From Thermoplasmata archaeon (GTDB lineage: Archaea > Thermoplasmatota > Thermoplasmata > UBA10834), in contig JAWCKF010000006.1 in assembly GCA_038852315.1 (NCBI GenBank), positions 10,568-74,567 on the forward strand: 64,000 nucleotides of DNA, read 5' to 3'. Every line of letters starts with the position of its first letter. The stretch's first letter is position 1. The translations under genes were made by a program, and so were the position numbers. Under the pieces are notes generated by a model that had not been told where the DNA came from, searched no databases, and saw nothing but the letters and a program-made list of their open reading frames with translations. Below, piece by piece: positions 58,142 through 64,000 of the stretch.

Positions 58142-61100
58142 TTGGCTGAGGGTAGGGAGAGTTCCCGAAGGTCTCTCAGGTCCGAGCTCAAAGGGGGAGA
58201 CAGGAGGCCGGGGGGATTCAGGAGTTGGTTGAACGCGAATTGGGCGACACTCGTCATGCTGCTCTTCATCTTCCTGCTCGCCCTGTTCGTGAGGTCGTAC
58301 TTCGCATATGAGATCTCTGTCGAGAACGGGTACATAGTCTCCGGTGGTTCCGACTCCTATTACTGGCGCAGGATCATAGACTACTCGGTCGAGACGGGCA
58401 AACAGCTCTTCTGGGACCCGCTGACGGCGTACCCTGACGGCATCAGGAACCCCCGTCCACCGTTGTTCAGCTTCTCCATAGTGGTCCCGGCCGTGGCGCT
58501 GCAGAACCTGTTCAGCTCCCTTGACGATGCGGTCGGCTTCATGTTCCTGTGGTCTACAGCGTTCTGGGGCGCCATGACCGTTTTCCCGACCTACCTCCTT
58601 GGAAAGGAGACGTTCGGAAGACGAACAGGTCTAGTGGCAGCCTTCGTGCTCGCGTTCACGCCTGCGCACGTCTCGAGGAGCGTGCTGTCCAACGCAGACC
58701 ATGACGCTTTCATCCTGTTCTTCATAGTCCTGACGTTCTACTTCCTGCTCAAGGCGGTGAAGGCTCAGGAGGAACGCAAATGGGTTGACAACTGGCGCAG
58801 CTTGCCCTCCATCAAGAAAGGCCTGGGGGACTATGTGCGCAGCAGCAGGACCTCCATCATCTACGCCCTGCTCGCCGGCACTGCATACGCATGCGTGATG
58901 ATGGCATGGGTCGGCTTCGGTTATGTCACGGTTCTCATACTCGCATACTACATCATCCAGATATTGTTCAACAAGTTCAGGAACATCGACTCGACGAGCG
59001 TGACTATGACGATCGCCATCGTCATGGCTTTCGGATACCTGCTCGCGCTCCCCGTGTACTACCACCAGATGCTCATCCCGACCAGGTTCGATGTGCCCGT
59101 GTACCTTTTCCTGGCGTCCTTCGTGTTCGGCATGATGTTCATGGTCTCGAGGGACCTGCCTTGGACGCTGACGTTCCCGGCCGTGGGGCTGCTCGTCGCA
59201 GTGTTCGCTGTCGTCATCACGGTGGTCGATCCGACGCTCGGCCAGGCGATCCTGAGCGGCCAGGGATACTTCGTCAAGAGCAAGCTGTACTCAACCATCG
59301 CTGAGGCACAGGCCCCCCAGTTCAGCGAGCTGGCGCTGTCGTTCGGCATGGTCACTTTCTTCCTCGCGCTCATGGGAATGCTGTGGGCCGTCATCAAGCT
59401 CCCGAAGAAGGCCACTGCGGGATACATACTCATCTCGGTCTGGCTCGCCGCGGCGATATTCATGGCCATCTCCGCCGCGAGGTTCATGTTCAACGCGGCA
59501 CCCGCGTTCGCCATCGCGTCCGCGTGGGTCACCGTCATAATCATAGACAAGCTCGACTTCAACGCCGTCAGGAAGATGCTTGTCGGCGCGAGCGGGTCGT
59601 ACTGGCAGGTACTCAAGAAGAGCGTCAAGGTCAGGCATGTCGTCGGCGTCCTCTTCCTCGCCTTCATGGTCGTCCTGCCCAACCTGTGGCACAGCGTCGA
59701 CGCAGGCATACCCAGCCAGAGCAAGCGCGAGTACGACAAGCAGGTCTACGAGTACATCCCCTCGTTCATGCGGCCCGAAGGATACGACGCCAAGAACGGC
59801 TCGAACTGGTACTTCGGCGCTTTCGGGTACTCGCTCGACCTCCCGACCTACTACTTCCCGTCCGCATGGCGGTGGTTCTCACAGCAGGACAGGGATCTGC
59901 CACCCGCGCAGCGACCAGCGTTCGTCGCATGGTGGGACTACGGCTTCGAGGCTATACAGCAGGGCCAGCACCCGACCGTCGCGGACAACTTCCAGAACGG
60001 CTATCAGATCACCGGGAACGTGCTCATGGCTCAGAGCGAGGACGAGGCCATCGCCGTATTCGCTTACAAGCTCATCGAGACCGCGTACCCGCACGAGGAC
60101 CTGAGGCTGAAGGTCGAGGCGCTGCTCGAGAAGTACGGCATGGACGTGGACAGGATGGCCGAGATAGTCCAGGGCCCCGCACAGCCGATCATCGACGAGG
60201 TGCTGTCCGACCCACAGACCTTCGGCCCGATGGACAGGGATTTGAGCGCGCCTAACGCGAGGATAACAGCGGGCAGGGTCGAGCTGATGAAGGTCGGGCT
60301 CGAGAACCTCGTGTCGTTCTACGACGAGCTGTGCGACGTCACCGGTTGGTCGATCAGGTACTTCCTCGTCGATTCCAGGATGTTCCCGCTGAGCGGCCGT
60401 TCAACTGGCATATTCTACGCTCCCGCGAAGCTGTCCGACAGGCGCATAAAGGACGGTTCAACCCCCTACGACTTCTACGTCGTCAAGGCGATACTGGATA
60501 CGGGCGCCGTCGTCGACCTGGACAAGGTCAAGCCGACGGACACGATCTCTACATACACACTCGACTACCAGGACATGTTCTTCGACTCGATGTTCTATCG
60601 CGCCATGGTGGGCTTCAGCCCGAGCGACATCGGATACAGCAACGACGAGGGCATACCTGGATGGACTAGCACAGGCGCGGTCTACACCAAGAGCCCCATG
60701 CCTGGCTGGAACCTCACGCATTTCAGGATGGTCTACAGGACGGTCTACTATAATCCGTGGCCTGCGATCGAGGTCGAACAGCACCAGGACGACTGGCGGG
60801 CGATAGGCATCGATGAGGCGAGGGCGCTGAAGGCGAAGATCGATGCTGGAGAGGCGACTGGCTACATCGACGAAGGAGCCAGGTCTTTCTATACCGCTGG
60901 TGCCAGCATACTGAAGTACTATCACGGGGCCATAGTCAACGGCACGCTCACTACCGAGTCGGGTGACCCGATAGCGAACGCCGCTGTAACGGTCTACGAC
61001 GAGTACGACATCCCGCACCAGGTGGTATGGACGGACGCCCAGGGCAGGTACTCCGCCATCGCGCCCTTCGGCAACGTGACGATCTACTTCTCGATGGGTT

Positions 61101-64000
61101 CCGTCAAGAACGAGAAGCTGAGGGGCTCGGACGTCATCGGGTCCATCAAGTTCCATGTGACGGACGAGCAGGCCATGCGGCTGCCCTACGACCTCGACGG
61201 GGACGGCGTGCTCGACTATCTGATAAGGAAGGACTACGTCGCGAAGGGCGGGCAGGTCATCGGGGACGTCTTCTGGGACGTGAATGACGACGGCAACTAC
61301 ACTGCGGACACTGACGAGCTCATACCGGGAGTCGTCGTGTGGGCCTTCGACACCAGCTCGGGCAAGGCCTATAAGATGGAGGCACCCGACGGCTCACTGG
61401 ACGGCTATCTCCCGCCGGGCCAGTACGACTTCTACGCGGTCTTCGAAGGCAGGAACGTCACCATGGGCGAGAGGATCAATGTGACCGCGTCGCAGGCGGC
61501 CAACCTGAAGCTTTCGACCGCCCCGGGCGGGTTCACGGGTACGCTCTACCGCCCCGACGGGTCCCCTGCACCGGGCATCGAGCTGGTGCTCACGAGCCTC
61601 CCCTACGGACACGTGCTACGCAACACCACAGACGCGAACGGGACATACTCCTTCAACAGACTCGCCGAGGGCACCTACCAGCTCTCGACGACGGAGCCCG
61701 GCTGGGTGATCTTCGACAAGGAGGTGTTCGTATCCGAGGGCGTCCAAGGGGTTTCGGACGCGCTCATCAGCCCCTCGTCGACCATAACCTTCAGGATAAC
61801 GCTCGATGGCAGGCCGGTCCCATATGCGGCCTACGCTGTCATGAGCCCGTACCATTACAGCGAGTACGTCACCGGCATCGCGGACGCATGGGGCATGTTC
61901 ACCATGGAGGTTCCCAAGGGGATATGGACCGTGTACGCCAACCACTTCGACGGCGTGTCGAGATACGCCGCCGCTGTGACGGTGTCGACGGAGGCGGTGA
62001 GCTCGTGCTCCGGCGTGCTCGCGCTCGTGCCCGCCACCTACCTTACAGGCAGCCTCAGACTGCCTTCGAACGCGATAGCCTCCGCTGGCTGGGTGTGCTT
62101 TGAATCCTCATCTGGCACCCGCGTGTGGTCGACGGCTGACACGTACGGAACCTATGTAGCGGTGCTCCCGGAAGGCACCTACAGGATCTCAGCCTACAGC
62201 GCGTCCGAATCGGGATACTACTCTGACAGCATTGCGTTGTCAGGCAGCTCCGCGAACCATCAGATACGGATGTCAACGGGGGTCAAGATCGGAGGCAGCG
62301 TGCGCATGCTGAAGGACGTTTACAGCGCCGCCGGCCCCGAAGCCGTCGGTTCGTTCGCCCAGCTGACATTCGTCGACTCCAAGGGCAACAGGTTCTCAAC
62401 GGTCGCATCTGCGAACGGCTCGTTCTCGCTCGTCTTTCCCATGAGGTCACAGGTGACGCTCGCGCTAGGCAACCAGGGCTACAGGGACTGGCGATTGAAC
62501 GTCACGTTCGATGCTGAATCCAGCAGCGTGGTGATAGAGGCTGAGCCGGACGAACGCGTCGTCAGCGGGTATGTGGTGTACAACGGCGTCGGGCTGAGGA
62601 ACATCCAGGTGGCGTTCATCCCCACATCGCCCCTGTCACAGACCGTGTATGCTACGACGGGCGTAGGCGGGTACTTCCGCGCGCTCGTGCCTCCGTCGGA
62701 TTACACCGTCGTCGTGGATCAGCTCACGGGACCCGCGGGAGGGGAGAAGTACCAGTACGGGCAGGAGCTGACGATCTTGCCGGGCGGAGACCCCTTTGTG
62801 CTCACCATCGAGCCTGTGAAGCGCGTTGAGGTACACGGCAACCTCCTGGGTGCTGGCGCGATGACCCAGCTCAAGTTCGAAGGTCCCGAATCGCTCGACA
62901 CCTCGGTCTCAGCCCTCAGCTACTCCGTGTATCTCCTCCCAGGGGAGTACAGCGTCTATGCCGCCAGCACTTCCGGCGACAGGAAGGTGGCGAACATGAC
63001 GGTCGCGAGCGTCTCGATTCACTCCAGGCGCGTGGACCTCCAGCTGCTGAGCGCCCAGACCGTCTCGGGGACCGCGCTCGTGAACGGCCTACCAGCAACG
63101 AAGCAGGTTGCCGTTACGGCCACATCTGCGACGGGCTCGGTGCTTCGTGCGACATCGTCCCGTACGGGCATGTACTCCATATCTCTCCCACGCGGCACTT
63201 TCACGCTCGAGTTCCTCCTCGAGGACGTTCACATCGAGGGCTCGAGGTATTTGTACGTGGAGCACTACGCGTCGGAGCAGGTCGTCGTCGGGTCGTCCGA
63301 CATAGGGCTCAGTCCCGAGCTCGCCATGCGGATGGACAACACCACCTTCTCAGGCAGGGTGCTGGGACCTGCCGGCCTCCCGCAGCAGGCCCTGCTGCAG
63401 CTGCTCCCGAGCACATCCTACGGCAGGGGCATAGAGTTCATAACCGCCTCCGACGGCTCGTTCAGCGTGTCCGTACAGCCGGGCGACTACACCGTCTACG
63501 CGACGCGCCTCCCGGAGAGAAGCGTGTCGCTCACGTGGATCGAGATCGCGAGGAACCACCCGATGGACATGACCATCGCGCTCTCCTCAGGCAGATACCT
63601 GTCGGCCACGGTGAGCGTCGCGGGGAGTCCCGCGTCGCTCCCCATATCCATCTCCTCAGGCAACGCTGAGCTCGAAGTGAGCTCAGACAGCTCTGGACAG
63701 CTCAGGGTCCTGCTTCCGCCAGGCGAGTACTACCTCGACGCTTCGACGACCAGGCTGGAGAACTCGATGAGTGTCGGATACTCGTTGGCAGAGACAGTGG
63801 TCATCGGCTCAGACAACGTCTTCCGGCAGCTCGTCTTCGACAGAGACACCAGGCACAGCGTCTCCGCGACGTGGAACCGCGCGCTCGTCCAGAGCGCGCT
63901 GCCGGGCGAGAAGGTCACCTACACTGTCGAGATAACCAACAACGGTAACGTCGACGACACCTTCACGCTCTCGTTCACGGGCCAGGCAGGGCAGTTCGAT
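58142..64000 (+). CDS. aglB: Archaeal oligosaccharyltransferase AglB (STT3 family) fused to a long C-terminal array of beta-sandwich modules; continues past window end
   Basis: Absent from the ORF track because there is no stop before 64000. I translated the whole frame by hand and found no stop. Motifs are GGSDSYYWRR...WDPLTAYPDG, multiple TM helices, WWDYG (59930-59944) and DNFQNG. Alternative starts are TTG 58229 or ATG 58256, just before TM1. From about 60926 onward there are at least 10 CarboxypepD_reg/Cna-B-like modules, then a CARDB/NEW3-like motif (GEKVTYTVEITNNGNVDDTF). Confidence 0.9.
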   Translation, partial: MAEGRESSRRSLRSELKGGDRRPGGFRSWLNANWATLVMLLFIFLLALFVRSYFAYEISVENGYIVSGGSDSYYWRRIIDYSVETGKQLFWDPLTAYPDGIRNPRPPLFSFSIVVPAVALQNLFSSLDDAVGFMFLWSTAFWGAMTVFPTYLLGKETFGRRTGLVAAFVLAFTPAHVSRSVLSNADHDAFILFFIVLTFYFLLKAVKAQEERKWVDNWRSLPSIKKGLGDYVRSSRTSIIYALLAGTAYACVMMAWVGFGYVTVLILAYYIIQILFNKFRNIDSTSVTMTIAIVMAFGYLLALPVYYHQMLIPTRFDVPVYLFLASFVFGMMFMVSRDLPWTLTFPAVGLLVAVFAVVITVVDPTLGQAILSGQGYFVKSKLYSTIAEAQAPQFSELALSFGMVTFFLALMGMLWAVIKLPKKATAGYILISVWLAAAIFMAISAARFMFNAAPAFAIASAWVTVIIIDKLDFNAVRKMLVGASGSYWQVLKKSVKVRHVVGVLFLAFMVVLPNLWHSVDAGIPSQSKREYDKQVYEYIPSFMRPEGYDAKNGSNWYFGAFGYSLDLPTYYFPSAWRWFSQQDRDLPPAQRPAFVAWWDYGFEAIQQGQHPTVADNFQNGYQITGNVLMAQSEDEAIAVFAYKLIETAYPHEDLRLKVEALLEKYGMDVDRMAEIVQGPAQPIIDEVLSDPQTFGPMDRDLSAPNARITAGRVELMKVGLENLVSFYDELCDVTGWSIRYFLVDSRMFPLSGRSTGIFYAPAKLSDRRIKDGSTPYDFYVVKAILDTGAVVDLDKVKPTDTISTYTLDYQDMFFDSMFYRAMVGFSPSDIGYSNDEGIPGWTSTGAVYTKSPMPGWNLTHFRMVYRTVYYNPWPAIEVEQHQDDWRAIGIDEARALKAKIDAGEATGYIDEGARSFYTAGASILKYYHGAIVNGTLTTESGDPIANAAVTVYDEYDIPHQVVWTDAQGRYSAIAPFGNVTIYFSMGSVKNEKLRGSDVIGSIKFHVTDEQAMRLPYDLDGDGVLDYLIRKDYVAKGGQVIGDVFWDVNDDGNYTADTDELIPGVVVWAFDTSSGKAYKMEAPDGSLDGYLPPGQYDFYAVFEGRNVTMGERINVTASQAANLKLSTAPGGFTGTLYRPDGSPAPGIELVLTSLPYGHVLRNTTDANGTYSFNRLAEGTYQLSTTEPGWVIFDKEVFVSEGVQGVSDALISPSSTITFRITLDGRPVPYAAYAVMSPYHYSEYVTGIADAWGMFTMEVPKGIWTVYANHFDGVSRYAAAVTVSTEAVSSCSGVLALVPATYLTGSLRLPSNAIASAGWVCFESSSGTRVWSTADTYGTYVAVLPEGTYRISAYSASESGYYSDSIALSGSSANHQIRMSTGVKIGGSVRMLKDVYSAAGPEAVGSFAQLTFVDSKGNRFSTVASANGSFSLVFPMRSQVTLALGNQGYRDWRLNVTFDAESSSVVIEAEPDERVVSGYVVYNGVGLRNIQVAFIPTSPLSQTVYATTGVGGYFRALVPPSDYTVVVDQLTGPAGGEKYQYGQELTILPGGDPFVLTIEPVKRVEVHGNLLGAGAMTQLKFEGPESLDTSVSALSYSVYLLPGEYSVYAASTSGDRKVANMTVASVSIHSRRVDLQLLSAQTVSGTALVNGLPATKQVAVTATSATGSVLRATSSRTGMYSISLPRGTFTLEFLLEDVHIEGSRYLYVEHYASEQVVVGSSDIGLSPELAMRMDNTTFSGRVLGPAGLPQQALLQLLPSTSYGRGIEFITASDGSFSVSVQPGDYTVYATRLPERSVSLTWIEIARNHPMDMTIALSSGRYLSATVSVAGSPASLPISISSGNAELEVSSDSSGQLRVLLPPGEYYLDASTTRLENSMSVGYSLAETVVIGSDNVFRQLVFDRDTRHSVSATWNRALVQSALPGEKVTYTVEITNNGNVDDTFTLSFTGQAGQFD

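Noticed and set aside
59059-60255. ORFs 59059..59739 (minus), 59383..60255 (plus) and other frames inside aglB
   Set aside because: The aglB frame is continuous from 58067 to 64000 and contains WWDYG and the TM helices. The others are alternate or antisense frames.

Overview
High-GC archaeal chromosomal segment. Gene content and order suggest a Thermoplasmatota-like euryarchaeon, but that placement is inference only. The evidence is an unsplit rpoB inside rpoH-rpoB-rpoA1-rpoA2-rpl30e-nusA, an ftsZ-secE-spt5-rpl11 cluster, and TBP, Orc1/Cdc6, PriL, aEF-1beta and AglB. The window is mostly densely packed housekeeping genes: IleRS, AsnRS, ribosomal stalk proteins, RNA polymerase, tRNA modification enzymes, pyrF and malic enzyme. 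These are interspersed with secreted or surface proteins (a beta-propeller/PKD protein, a second PKD protein, a C11 clostripain-like peptidase and an M6 peptidase) and a gcvT-M42-M20 peptidase operon. Two genes run off the window and are therefore missing from the ORF track: a C-N hydrolase at 1-496 (-) and a very large aglB from about 58142 to 64000 (+). Many long ORFs in the track are antisense or shadow frames, typical of high-GC DNA, and were discarded. I found no CRISPR array, transposase, integrase or rRNA. The items most worth a second look are: (1) a tRNA-Lys(UUU) split by two non-canonical introns, in the D-loop and T-loop; (2) spt5 with a 165-codon in-frame N-terminal extension; (3) an AglB oligosaccharyltransferase fused to a >1000-aa array of beta-sandwich modules; (4) three FtsZ genes within 12 kb, a tandem ftsZ1-like pair plus ftsZ2 preceded by a single-chain double-RHH CdrS-like protein; (5) the conserved L11-L1-L10-L12 cluster split by an insertion and bracketed by inverted paralogs; (6) three genes whose conserved N-termini are reachable only from near-cognate start codons (ACG, CTG, CTG) behind SD-like motifs; (7) an HhH plus Lys-rich extension on RpoA2. 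All homology calls come from reading motifs by eye. No database search was run.
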